A DNA stretch of 64,000 nucleotides from Actinomycetota bacterium. Its GTDB lineage: Bacteria; Actinomycetota; CADDZG01; WHSQ01. The stretch lies in NCBI GenBank assembly GCA_013695465.1, contig JACDAL010000022.1, forward strand, positions 451 to 64,450. Direction: 5' to 3'. The translations under genes and the position numbers were made by a program. Below are positions 45,128-54,851 of the stretch, piece after piece. The notes beneath the pieces were generated by a model. The model worked only from the letters and a program-made list of their open reading frames with translations. It did not search any database and had not been told where the DNA came from. Every line of letters starts with the position of its first letter. The first letter of the stretch is position 1.

Positions 45128-47239
45128 ATGGATGTGTGGCCCGGAGTTCCCTATCCCCTCGGCGCGACGTGGGACGGGAACGGCACCAACTTCGCCATAT
45201 TTTCCCAGCAGGCCACCGGCGTCGAGCTGTGCCTTTTCGACGGCAACAACGAGTGGCGCGTCCCCCTGACCGAGGTCACTGCGTTCGTGTGGCATTGCTA
45301 TCTGCCCGGGATCGGGCCGGGACAGCGCTACGGATACCGCGTAGACGGAGCCTACCGGCCCCTGCAGGGGCAGCGCTTCAATCGCCACAAGCTGCTGATC
45401 GATCCCTATGCGAAGGCGATCGAGGGCAGGGTCGAACCCGGCGACAAGGTGCTCGCCTACGTCGTGGGCGTCGCGGAGGACCTCCAGCCGTCCTCGGAGG
45501 ACTCCGGCACGAGTGTCCCGAAATCCGTTGTCATAGACCCCACCTTCGACTGGGGAGACGATGTCGCGCCGCGCATACCGTGGCACGAAGTCGTCATCTA
45601 CGAGGCCCACGTCAAGGGCTTCACGATGACGCACCCGGGGATCCCCGAAGAGCTGCGCGGCACCTATGCGGGGCTGACACATCCCGCCGCCATCGAGCAT
45701 CTCCTCCTGCTCGGCATCACCACCATCGAGTTGATGCCCGTCCACCATTTCATCCATCACCGCCATCTCTTGGAGAAGGGTCTGCACAACTATTGGGGCT
45801 ACGACCCCATCGGGTATTTCGCTCCCCACAGCGACTACAGCTCGGCGGGGGCTGCCGGCGGCCAAGTGATCCAATTCAAGCAGATGGTCAAAGAGTTTCA
45901 CGAGGCCGGCATAGAGGTCGTCATCGACGTCGTCTACAACCACACGGGCGAGGGCAGCCACATGGGGCCAACGCTGTCTTTTAGGGGCGCCGACAATGCC
46001 GCCTACTACCGACTGATGGAGGATGACCCACGCTACTACCGCGATTTCACCGGCACGGGGAACTCGCTAAACGCGCGCAACCCCCAAGTCCTGAAGTTGA
46101 TCATGGACAGCTTGCGCTACTGGGCGATCGACATGCACGTCGACGGCTTTCGTTTCGACCTCGCCGCTACTCTGGCGCGCGAGCTCTTCGATGTGGACAA
46201 GCTGTCCGCCTTCTTCGATATCATTCATCAAGACCCAGTGCTCTCCGATATGAAGCTCATCGCCGAGCCGTGGGACGTGGGCGAGGGCGGCTACCAAGTA
46301 GGTAACTTCCCGCCCCTGTGGTCCGAGTGGAACGGTGAGTACCGGGACACGATGCGCGACTTCTGGCGCAGTCAGGATCACAGCCTCGCCGAGTTCGCCT
46401 ACCGGCTCACCGGGAGCTCCGACCTCTACCAGGAGGACGGGCGCAGCCCCTACGCGAGTATCAACTTCGTCACCGCCCACGATGGCTTCACGCTCAACGA
46501 CCTCGTCTCCTACAACGACAAGCACAACGAAGCCAACCACGAGCAAAACCGCGACGGGGAGAACTACAACCGATCCTGGAACCTGGGGGCCGAGGGCGAC
46601 ACCAATGATCCCGACATCGTCTCGCTCAGGGAGCGGCAGAAGAGGAACTTCCTGGTCACACTCGCTCTCTCACAAGGCGTACCGATGTTCCTCGGTGGGG
46701 ATGAGATGGGGAGGACACAGCGGGGCAACAACAATGCATACTGTCAGGACAACGACATCTCGTGGGTCGACTGGGCGCTCACAGACGAGAATCTGGTCCA
46801 GCTCAGCTTTACTCGCAGGCTCATGGCTTTCCGCCAAGTCCATCCCGTGTTTCGCAGACGCAAGTGGTTCCTCGGCCGCTCCATCTATGGATCGAGTGTT
46901 TCGGACATCGCCTGGTTCACTCCCGAAGGTGGAGAGATGACCCAGGAGCAGTGGAAAGACGGCCTCGCCAAGTCCCTGATGGTGTTCTTCAACGGTGAAG
47001 CCATACCCGATCCGGGACCCAAAGGCGAGCGCATCACCGACGATAGCTTCCTGCTCCTGTTCAATGCGGCTCCTAGGCAGGTGCCGTTCAAACTCCCTCC
47101 CGAGGAATGGGGAGTCGAATGGACGGTCGCAATCGACACCACAAACCCCCTGCTGGAGGAGAACCAGCGCTTCCTCAAGGCTTCCGAATTGATCGACATC
47201 GATAACATCTCAACGATCGTGCTCAAGAGTGTGGATTGA
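45128..47239 (+). CDS. glgX: glycogen debranching enzyme
   Basis: PYPLGATWDGNGTNFAIFS...YWGYDP...VIDVVYNHTGEG...DGFRFDLA...AEPWD...NFVTAHDGFTL. The start is set at the ATG at 45128. Confidence 0.9.
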   Translation: MDVWPGVPYPLGATWDGNGTNFAIFSQQATGVELCLFDGNNEWRVPLTEVTAFVWHCYLPGIGPGQRYGYRVDGAYRPLQGQRFNRHKLLIDPYAKAIEGRVEPGDKVLAYVVGVAEDLQPSSEDSGTSVPKSVVIDPTFDWGDDVAPRIPWHEVVIYEAHVKGFTMTHPGIPEELRGTYAGLTHPAAIEHLLLLGITTIELMPVHHFIHHRHLLEKGLHNYWGYDPIGYFAPHSDYSSAGAAGGQVIQFKQMVKEFHEAGIEVVIDVVYNHTGEGSHMGPTLSFRGADNAAYYRLMEDDPRYYRDFTGTGNSLNARNPQVLKLIMDSLRYWAIDMHVDGFRFDLAATLARELFDVDKLSAFFDIIHQDPVLSDMKLIAEPWDVGEGGYQVGNFPPLWSEWNGEYRDTMRDFWRSQDHSLAEFAYRLTGSSDLYQEDGRSPYASINFVTAHDGFTLNDLVSYNDKHNEANHEQNRDGENYNRSWNLGAEGDTNDPDIVSLRERQKRNFLVTLALSQGVPMFLGGDEMGRTQRGNNNAYCQDNDISWVDWALTDENLVQLSFTRRLMAFRQVHPVFRRRKWFLGRSIYGSSVSDIAWFTPEGGEMTQEQWKDGLAKSLMVFFNGEAIPDPGPKGERITDDSFLLLFNAAPRQVPFKLPPEEWGVEWTVAIDTTNPLLEENQRFLKASELIDIDNISTIVLKSVD

Positions 47240-47275
47240 CCGCTCGTCTCCTATCGGGTCCCGGCCCGCCAATCC

Positions 47276-48877
47276 TCAGGCCCGGGCGTCCACGAGATAG
47301 GGCGAGTCGATGCGCTCCTGGACGACTCCATCGGAGCCGAACACCAAGAACCTGTCCATCGAGCGCATGAACCAGCGATCGTGCGTGACCGTCACCACCG
47401 TGCCTTCATAGCCGGCGAGACCCTGTTCCAACGCCTCAGCGGAATCCACGTCGAGGTTGTCGGTAGGCTCGTCCAGCAGCAGCATGGTGGGACTCGCCAT
47501 CTCCAGCATCAGGATCTGAAAGCGCGCCTGCTGCCCTCCCGACAGAACGGAGAAAGGAGTTCGGGCCGCCCTGTGCAGCTCGTAGCGCTTCAGCGCCGGC
47601 ATCGCCTGCTCGATCCGCAACCCCGATTTGGACATCACTTCCAGCAGCTCCACATCGGCAAGCTCAGGATGATCATGGGTCTGAGAGAACAGCCCGGGCG
47701 TGACGCGCGCCCCCAATTTCCAGTTACCGCGATGATCGATGCTCTCGCCCGCCAGCAGCCGGAGGAAGTGGCTCTTACCGGTTCCGTTTGATCCCACCAC
47801 GCCCACGCGCTCGCCGTAGTACAACTCCACGTTGAAGGGACGGACGATCCCGGGAATCTCGAGGGCTGTGGCGCGCAGGGCGATCTTGCCGGTGCGGCCC
47901 CCTTGAAGCCGCATCTTGACGTCTTGTGGCCGGGCTAGTTCAGGCGGAGCATTGTCTCGCTCGAAACGCTCGAGGCGCTTCTCCGTCGACGCGGCCTTGG
48001 TTGCGAACTTGTCGTTGTAGATCGATCGCTGCTTGAATTCACGGATCATGGCGGTTAGGCGGTCGCGCTCGTCTTGAAAGCGGCGGTGCTCTTCCTCGAG
48101 CCGGTCCAGACGACGAGCACGCTCCTCGTGATAGGTCGCATAGGAGCCGGGGTGAGTCCATGCCCTGTGGCCCTCGATCGTTACGACGCGCGTCGCAACC
48201 GCGGCGAGCAAAGCGCGGTCATGGCTGACGAACAGGATCGTCTTCGTGGACTCATTCAGGACCTGTTCGAGCCAGCGCGTGGCGGGAATATCGAGGAAGT
48301 TGTCTGGCTCGTCGAGTAGCAGCACCTGAGCTTCGGAGCGAAGCAGGACCTCTAGAGCTAGCCGCTTCTGCTCTCCGCCCGACAATGACGACAAGAGGCG
48401 GTCGGATACTTTCTCCAACCTCTTCCCAAGCGCAGCCGATGAGCACGTGTCCCACAGGACCTCGGCGTCGAAACCCCCTGCCTCCCCCCATGCCACCAAG
48501 GCATCCGCATACTCCAGGTGGGCGCTCTCCTCCTGAGACTCGTGAGTGCTCGCCTCCGCCGCCTGCAACCTGGCGCCGGCCCGCCTCAGGCTCGCAGACG
48601 ACAAGCGCAGCAAAAGATCTCTGACCTTCGACGTCTCCCCCATCATCCCAATGAACTGAGGCATGTAGGCGATGCGCCCGTCGGCTCGGACCTGTCCGGA
48701 AGTAGCCCGGTCCTCGCCCGCAATCAAACGCAGCAAGGTCGTCTTGCCGGTGCCGTTGGCGCCCACGAGTGCGACCTTGTACCCGTCGGGAACCTTGAAG
48801 GAGACTCCTTCGAGCAGAGACACGCCGCCGGGGTGCTTATAGGAAAGGTTCGCTACTTCGATCATTGAAGAGAGCAC
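47276..48877 (-). CDS. ABC-F family ATPase (two NBDs, no TM domain)
   Basis: GANGTGKTTLL and GSNGTGKSHFL (Walker A), LSGGEQKRL and LSGGQQARF (signature), LLLDEPDNFLD and LLLDEPTDNLD, with an interdomain linker carrying a charged coil. Confidence 0.9.
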   Translation of the reverse strand: MLSSMIEVANLSYKHPGGVSLLEGVSFKVPDGYKVALVGANGTGKTTLLRLIAGEDRATSGQVRADGRIAYMPQFIGMMGETSKVRDLLLRLSSASLRRAGARLQAAEASTHESQEESAHLEYADALVAWGEAGGFDAEVLWDTCSSAALGKRLEKVSDRLLSSLSGGEQKRLALEVLLRSEAQVLLLDEPDNFLDIPATRWLEQVLNESTKTILFVSHDRALLAAVATRVVTIEGHRAWTHPGSYATYHEERARRLDRLEEEHRRFQDERDRLTAMIREFKQRSIYNDKFATKAASTEKRLERFERDNAPPELARPQDVKMRLQGGRTGKIALRATALEIPGIVRPFNVELYYGERVGVVGSNGTGKSHFLRLLAGESIDHRGNWKLGARVTPGLFSQTHDHPELADVELLEVMSKSGLRIEQAMPALKRYELHRAARTPFSVLSGGQQARFQILMLEMASPTMLLLDEPTDNLDVDSAEALEQGLAGYEGTVVTVTHDRWFMRSMDRFLVFGSDGVVQERIDSPYLVDARA

Positions 48878-48925
48878 ACGTCGGTCATGGGCAAGGCAAG
48901 TTATCGACCCGCAGCCTGGTCCTCA

Positions 48926-48993
48926 ATCGTCCATAACGCGCGTTTGACCACCGAATCGGTAGGCGATCGTCCAAACCGCGCGTTTGGCTGCCA
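48926..48993. repeat. dimer of a ~27-bp unit carrying the palindromic AACGCGCGTT core, 40-bp period (element C)
   Basis: ATCGTCCATAACGCGCGTTTGACCACC at 48926 and ATCGTCCAAACCGCGCGTTTGGCTGCC at 48966, 22 of 27 identical ungapped. It is related to the elements at 60442 and 63628. Confidence 0.8.
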
Positions 48994-49032
48994 TGCCAAT
49001 TCTTCCAGGCGACTGTTTCGCCTCCGCCACCG

Positions 49033-49536
49033 TCATTCCCGTGCGCCAAGGTAGCGCTCGATAACCTCGCGGCCGTCGGGAGTAAACGTCCACTCTTCGA
49101 GCTTGGCCCGCAGCGAGTCCACCTCCATGAACTCGCCCCAGGCGATCTCCTCGGCCTGGGGGGCCACCGGCCCGTCCCAAGTGACCTCGTAAACCTCGGT
49201 CCAGCACGGATTATCTCCGCCTAGATAGAGGTGTTTGAAGACGAAGCAGAGGTGCGCGTCCTCGATGCCGAGCTCCTCGGCCAGTTCCCTGCGGGCGGCC
49301 GTCTCGTAGCTCTCCCCCCGGCTCACCATGCCCCCGAGACAGGGGTCGAACATGCCGGGAAAAACGTCCTTGTCCTCGGTGCGGCGGTGGACATAGACGG
49401 CGCCTTTGGAGTTCCGGCACACAATCGTGGCTCCGCGATGCAGCAGCTTTTGCGCTCTGACCTCGGCGCGAGCCGCATAGCCGACCACCTGATCGTCTTC
49501 ATCGACGACGTCGACGATCTCTGCAGCTGGGTCCAT
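49033..49536 (-). CDS. NUDIX hydrolase
   Basis: Nudix box GGMVSRGESYETAARRELAEELGI. The ATG at 49536 overlaps the upstream stop (ATGA). Confidence 0.85.
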   Translation of the reverse strand: MDPAAEIVDVVDEDDQVVGYAARAEVRAQKLLHRGATIVCRNSKGAVYVHRRTEDKDVFPGMFDPCLGGMVSRGESYETAARRELAEELGIEDAHLCFVFKHLYLGGDNPCWTEVYEVTWDGPVAPQAEEIAWGEFMEVDSLRAKLEEWTFTPDGREVIERYLGARE

Positions 49537-50024
49537 CAAGAACGCGCTCTTCGCAGCAGCGGCAGCACGAACCACAACAGAGAGAACAAAATCACGCTTC
49601 CCAAGGTGGATACCAGCGTGATGGGGCCGCCGAAGACGAAGTCCGAGATGACGTAGAGCACGCAACAGAGCGCGCAGGCCAGGAAGAACAGCCCCGCCAC
49701 GGCCAGGTGGTTGGAGAACCTCACAAGCCATTCCTTGTCACCCTCGCGGAACTGGATGCGATGGAACGCGGAGGGCGCGATGAAACGCGGTGGCTGCAGC
49801 CGCGCACAGGACGGCCAGGTAGTAGACCTTCTTCTGGTTTGAAGTGTGTCCACGAACCTCTGAGAGAAGGCGACCGTGAGCAGGAAAGCAAATAAGACCT
49901 GAACCCCCGGCAGCGCAACCCGCAGCTCGTTGAGGAGCTCGATCAGCTCCCGGTCGTGCCGGTTCTTGTCCTCTTTGCCGTCGCCCTCGTCGGCCATCCT
50001 CAGCCTCTCGATGAGGGACTGCAA
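49536..50024 (-). CDS. DUF6328-type small membrane protein, apparently carrying two compensating frameshifts
   Basis: RELIELLNELRVALPGVQVLFAFLLTVAF and IAPSAFHRIQFREGDKEWLVRFSNHLAVAGLFFL match my recollection of the family. The expected second TM helix (KVYYLAVLCAAAATAF) is encoded only in another frame, at about 49781-49830. Confidence 0.6.
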   Translation of the reverse strand: MQSLIERLRMADEGDGKEDKNRHDRELIELLNELRVALPGVQVLFAFLLTVAFSQRFVDTLQTRRRSTTWPSCARLQPPRFIAPSAFHRIQFREGDKEWLVRFSNHLAVAGLFFLACALCCVLYVISDFVFGGPITLVSTLGSVILFSLLWFVLPLLRRARS

Positions 50025-50146
50025 AGCTCACCGCGTGCGGTGGCAATCCCCCACAGTCCTCTTTATGATCAGAGTAATCGGTGGCCGAATGTCCACAGTT
50101 CGCTTTGACCACCAGGCCCGGAAAGCCCGCCGAGCGGTCTCTGCGA

Positions 50147-52690
50147 CTAAGCCCAGGTGACGAGCCCCAGGTCCATTGCGTGGGACAGGTCCTGATGGGA
50201 GGGAAGGACTCGCACCGCGTAGCCGTAGAGTCCCGGCGCCTCGGTCGTGAACACTCCCCGATAGAGGCACACGCCGTCGTTCTGCTCCTCGGGCGCCATG
50301 TTCACGAGCTCTGGACTGAGGAGCTCGCCGGCCGCCCCCACCCGCCCATGAGCAAGCTGGACGCACAAATCCTCGGTCTGGAGTCGTCCCATTCGCACCT
50401 TGGCGGTGACGCTGCGCTGCTCCCCCACCCCGGCAGCCGCTTCCTCCCCCTCGACTTCGAGGACGGAGACATCGTCCCAGCGCTCCGCAATGTGGAGCGC
50501 CCACGCGGCCAGCGCCCTGGCGTGACTGAACCCATCCGCGCTCAGTGTCTCTCCCTGGCGAGCGGCGGGCTCGTAGAGGTGCTGGGTGTAGTCGCGCAGC
50601 ATGCGGTCTGCGGTCACCGCCGGGCCTAGGGTGGCGATCGAGCGTTTCATCCGCTGCACCCAGCGACGCGGCGTGGACCCATCCCGCAGATCGTAGAAGC
50701 GGGGGATGATCTCGCTCTCGAGCAGGTCGAACAGGGCGTCGGCATCGACCAGATCCTGATGGCCGAGATCGTCGAACGGCTCCCGGCTCCCGATCGCCCA
50801 CCCGTTCTCGCCGTCGTACAGCTCGTCCCACCAACCGTCCAGCACCGAGCAGTTCAAGGCTCCGTTGAGAGCCGCCTTCATCCCGCTGGTCCCGCACGCC
50901 TCCAGCGGCCGCCGGGGGTTGTTGAGCCACACGTCCACACCCTGGGTCAGCATGCGGCCGACTTCCATGTCGTAGTCCTCTATGAACGCGAACCGTCCCC
51001 TGACCTCGCTGTCGCGGGAGAAATGGACGAGCTGGCGGATGAGCTCCTTGCCGCCGTCGTCACGCGGGTGAGCCTTGCCTGCGAGCACAATCTGGATGGG
51101 ACGTTCGCTTGACAGCAGCAGAGATTTGAGCCTGTCGGGATCCGACAGCATCAAAGTGGCCCTCTTGTACTGCGCGAAGCGACGAGCGAACCCGATTGTG
51201 AGCACACCGGGATCAAAGACCTCGTCGATCCAGGCAGATTCGGAGGGGGACGCCTGCCCCGGCCCACTCTGGGCTCGCAGTCGACGGCGAACGAAGTAGA
51301 CGAGTCGCTCGCGCGCACGCTCCCGGGCCCGCCACAGCTCGAGGTCGGGGATCTCGGAGACCTTCTCCCAGCGTGCTCCGACCGACTCGGCCCAGCCGGG
51401 AGGGAGCCGGCGGCCGAGCACCTCGGCCATCTCCGGGCCGAGCCATGAAGAGGTGTGTACGCCGTTCGTGACCGAGCTGATGGGAGCCTCGTCGTGGGGT
51501 ACCTCCGGCCACAGGTGGCCGAACATCACTCGGGAGACCTCTCCGTGGAGTTTCGAGACCGCGTTGGCGCGGCCGGCCAGGCGGAAGCCCATGATCGCCA
51601 TGTTGAAGAGCCCGCTCGGCAGCTCCGCCGAAGGCGGGCTGCCCAGGTCGTTGAGCTCGTCGAAGGAGACGCCGCACTCCTTGGCGAACGAGGAGAAGTA
51701 GCGCTCCATCAGATCCCGCTCGTAGACATCGATGCCTGCAGGAACCGGAGTGTGGGTAGTGAAAACGGTCCCCGCCCGGACCGCCTCGATCGCTTCCTGC
51801 CACGAGAGGTTGTGGTCCCAGACGAGCTCTCGTATGCGCTCGAGCCCCATGAAACCGGCGTGGCCCTCGTTGGAGTGGTAGACATCGGCTTTGTAGCCCG
51901 CCAGCTTCAGCGCCTTCACTCCGCCTATGCCCAAGACGATCTCCTGGCGCAGCCGGTGCTCGCTGCCGCCGGCATAGAGCCGGTCGGTCACCTCACGCTC
52001 AAAACTGCCGTTGTCTTCGATGTCGCAGTCGAGCAAGAGCAGCCCCACGCGGCCGACTTTTGCCAGCCAGATTTGGGCAGCGCAGGACACCCCAGCCATG
52101 TCGACCTCGATCTTGAGGGGAGCTCCGTCCGGGGAGGACATCAAGGTCAAGGGCATGTCGTGGGGGTCGAAGGAGGGGTATCGCTCCAACTGCCAGCCGT
52201 CCGAGCTGAGCTGCTGGCGGAAGTAGCCCTGCCGGTAGAGCAAACCGACCCCCACCATGGGAATGCCGAGATCGCTGGCGGCCTTGAGGTGGTCTCCTGC
52301 AAGGACGCCGAGACCGCCCGAATAGGTCGGGAGTGCCTCGGTGATGGCGAATTCGGGAGAGAAGTAAGCGACCCTGAGGGGGGGCGAGGAGGTGTGTGCC
52401 TGGTACCAGCGCGGCTCCCGCAGATAGCGCTCGAGGTCTGCAGCCACGGCGGCCAGGAAGGCCATGAACGGCTCGTCGTCGATGAGCTGGTCGAAACGCT
52501 CTCTGGGCACCAGACCGAGCATGCGTACCGGGTCGTGGCCCGAACGCTCCCAGGTGGCCTCGTCGACCCAACGGAAGAGGTCAACTCCACGGTCGTTCCA
52601 GCTCCATCTCAGGTTCGTAGCGATCGACTGCAGGGCACGCAGCGGCTCGGGTAGGGAGGCCCTTACCGCGAAGCTCCTAATCGCCTTCAT
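50147..52690 (-). CDS. glgP: alpha-glucan phosphorylase (GT35, GlgP/MalP type)
   Basis: 847 aa. LRWSWN...FSPEFAITEALPTYSGGLGVLAGDHLKAASDLG...ACGTSGMKAALNG. Confidence 0.9.
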   Translation of the reverse strand: MKAIRSFAVRASLPEPLRALQSIATNLRWSWNDRGVDLFRWVDEATWERSGHDPVRMLGLVPRERFDQLIDDEPFMAFLAAVAADLERYLREPRWYQAHTSSPPLRVAYFSPEFAITEALPTYSGGLGVLAGDHLKAASDLGIPMVGVGLLYRQGYFRQQLSSDGWQLERYPSFDPHDMPLTLMSSPDGAPLKIEVDMAGVSCAAQIWLAKVGRVGLLLLDCDIEDNGSFEREVTDRLYAGGSEHRLRQEIVLGIGGVKALKLAGYKADVYHSNEGHAGFMGLERIRELVWDHNLSWQEAIEAVRAGTVFTTHTPVPAGIDVYERDLMERYFSSFAKECGVSFDELNDLGSPPSAELPSGLFNMAIMGFRLAGRANAVSKLHGEVSRVMFGHLWPEVPHDEAPISSVTNGVHTSSWLGPEMAEVLGRRLPPGWAESVGARWEKVSEIPDLELWRARERARERLVYFVRRRLRAQSGPGQASPSESAWIDEVFDPGVLTIGFARRFAQYKRATLMLSDPDRLKSLLLSSERPIQIVLAGKAHPRDDGGKELIRQLVHFSRDSEVRGRFAFIEDYDMEVGRMLTQGVDVWLNNPRRPLEACGTSGMKAALNGALNCSVLDGWWDELYDGENGWAIGSREPFDDLGHQDLVDADALFDLLESEIIPRFYDLRDGSTPRRWVQRMKRSIATLGPAVTADRMLRDYTQHLYEPAARQGETLSADGFSHARALAAWALHIAERWDDVSVLEVEGEEAAAGVGEQRSVTAKVRMGRLQTEDLCVQLAHGRVGAAGELLSPELVNMAPEEQNDGVCLYRGVFTTEAPGLYGYAVRVLPSHQDLSHAMDLGLVTWA

Positions 52691-52879
52691 CGCGCTCCTT
52701 TGTTCGGCGGCATGCCGCCGGCCCAGCCCAACCTCACTCCGATCACGGCATCGACCTTTCTATACTCTCTTCCAATCACGCCGATCCGCACCGGCGCCGC
52801 TTGTGCGACGATGCCCCCCGTCCACCATCGGCATCAATGGGCAGCGCATGAGGACAATTGGATGAAACGAGAGGAGACG

Positions 52880-54844
52880 ATGAGGTCCTACCTCAATCTG
52901 GGGCATGTGACCATCGAACGCGTCTCTCCTCAGATCGACGGAGGCCGCTACCGTCCCAAGGCCGTGGTCGGCGACTCGGTACCCGTTCAAGCGGACATCA
53001 TTCGAGACGGCCCCGATCTTCTGTTGTGCGTGATCCGCTACAAGGGACCCGGCGATGCGCGCTGGTCCGAGGCGCCGATGCGACTCCTCGAAAACGACCG
53101 CTACGGGGGTGAATTCACGCCTACGAGCATCGGTCGCTACAAATTCACCATCGAGGCGTGGACAGACCACTTTGGCACCTGGGCGCGCGCCCTCGCGCGC
53201 AGAGTCGAGGTGGGTCAGGATGTCGAGCTCGAGCTCGAAGAAGGAAGGCTCCTGCTCGAGAAACACCTGCGGCTCGTTTCGGCGACGGACAGGAAGAAGC
53301 TGGCACGAGCTCTCGAGGTCATAAGCGCCGGAGGCGGCAGCACCTCGGGCGGTTTCAAAGACAAGCGGGTGGCGGCGCTCCTCGATCCCGGGCTCCGGGA
53401 CATCATGCGCGCCCGTCACAGCAGGGAGGGCGCGAGTACCTATAGACCCGCCCTCGAGCTGAGAGTCGATCGCGAACGGGCTCGAACGGGAGCCTGGTAC
53501 GAGTTCTTTCCCCGCTCGACAGGCCGCAAGGGGAGTCACGGGACCTTTGTGACATCGGCTCGCCTTCTCCCCAAGATCGCGGCCATGGGATTCGATGTCG
53601 TCTACCTGCCTCCCATCCACCCGATCGGCGTGACCAATCGCAAGGGCAAGAACAACTCCCTCCAAGCCGGTCCGACAGACGTGGGGGTCCCGTGGGCAAT
53701 AGGCGCCCCCGAGGGAGGACACGCGACCGTCCACCCCCAGCTGGGGACGATCAAGGACTTCGATGATTTCGCGGCTGCAGCGAACAAACTCGGGATCGAG
53801 GTTGCGCTCGACTTCGCCATCCAGTGCTCGCCCGACCACCCCTGGGTCAAAGAGCACCCGGAGTGGTTTCATCACCGGCCCGATGGAACGATCAAGTACG
53901 CGGAGAACCCTCCCAAGAAGTACCAGGATGTCTATCCGATCAACTTCGACACGGACAACGCTCGCGAGCTGTGGGACAGCCTCAAGCAGATCGTCGACTT
54001 CTGGATCTCGCACGGGGTCAAGATCTTCAGGGTCGACAACCCGCATACCAAGCCCTTCCAGTTCTGGGAATGGCTCATCGCCGCCGTACAGGAAGAGCGT
54101 CCCGAGGTCATCTTTTTGGCCGAGGCGTTCACGCGTCCCAAGGTGATGCGAAATCTCGCCAAGCTCGGCTTCAGCCAGTCCTACACCTACTTCACCTGGC
54201 GCAACTCCAAGTGGGAGATCATCGAGTATCTCACCGAGCTCACGCAGTCGGAGATGGCCCTCTACTATCGGCCCAACTTCTTTGTCAACACCCAGGACAT
54301 CCTTCACGAGTACCTCCAGATCGGCGGCCCCCCCGCCTTCAAGATCCGGCTCGTGCTCGCCGGGCTGCTCTCGCCCACCTACGGTGTCTATTCGGGCTTC
54401 GAGTTCTTCGAGAACGTGCCCCGGGAGCCGGGGACGGAAGAGTATCTCAACTCAGAGAAATACGAGCTACGGTCGCGCGACTACGCTGCCGAGAACACCT
54501 TGATGCCTTACATCTCACAGATCAACGAGATCCGCCGCAAATACCCGCCCTTGGGCCAGTTCACGAACCTCCACTTTCACTCCGCCGACACGGACAGCAT
54601 GCTCGCATTCTCCAAATCGAGCCCCGGCGCCGATCCGATTCTCGTGGTCGTGAACCTCAATCCGTTCCGCTGGGAAGAATGCACCGTTCATCTCGACCTG
54701 CCTCAGCTGGGGCTCGATTCTTCTCACCCCTTCGAGGTCCAGGATCTCATCACGGGCGCTAGCTATCTGTGGCACGGCGCCGACAACTACGTGAAGCTCG
54801 ACCCCTGGCGCGAGCCCGCGCACATCTTCGTGGTGCGAAAGTAA
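52880..54844 (+). CDS. glgE: alpha-1,4-glucan:maltose-1-phosphate maltosyltransferase
   Basis: IERVSPQIDGGRYRPKAVVGD...AWYEFFPRS...YLPPIHPIG...GSPWAIG-like region...FRVDNPHTKPF...FLAEAFTRPKVM. The start is set at the ATG at 52880, behind a GAGGAG RBS. Confidence 0.9.
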   Translation: MRSYLNLGHVTIERVSPQIDGGRYRPKAVVGDSVPVQADIIRDGPDLLLCVIRYKGPGDARWSEAPMRLLENDRYGGEFTPTSIGRYKFTIEAWTDHFGTWARALARRVEVGQDVELELEEGRLLLEKHLRLVSATDRKKLARALEVISAGGGSTSGGFKDKRVAALLDPGLRDIMRARHSREGASTYRPALELRVDRERARTGAWYEFFPRSTGRKGSHGTFVTSARLLPKIAAMGFDVVYLPPIHPIGVTNRKGKNNSLQAGPTDVGVPWAIGAPEGGHATVHPQLGTIKDFDDFAAAANKLGIEVALDFAIQCSPDHPWVKEHPEWFHHRPDGTIKYAENPPKKYQDVYPINFDTDNARELWDSLKQIVDFWISHGVKIFRVDNPHTKPFQFWEWLIAAVQEERPEVIFLAEAFTRPKVMRNLAKLGFSQSYTYFTWRNSKWEIIEYLTELTQSEMALYYRPNFFVNTQDILHEYLQIGGPPAFKIRLVLAGLLSPTYGVYSGFEFFENVPREPGTEEYLNSEKYELRSRDYAAENTLMPYISQINEIRRKYPPLGQFTNLHFHSADTDSMLAFSKSSPGADPILVVVNLNPFRWEECTVHLDLPQLGLDSSHPFEVQDLITGASYLWHGADNYVKLDPWREPAHIFVVRK

Positions 54845-54851
54845 GAATCCG

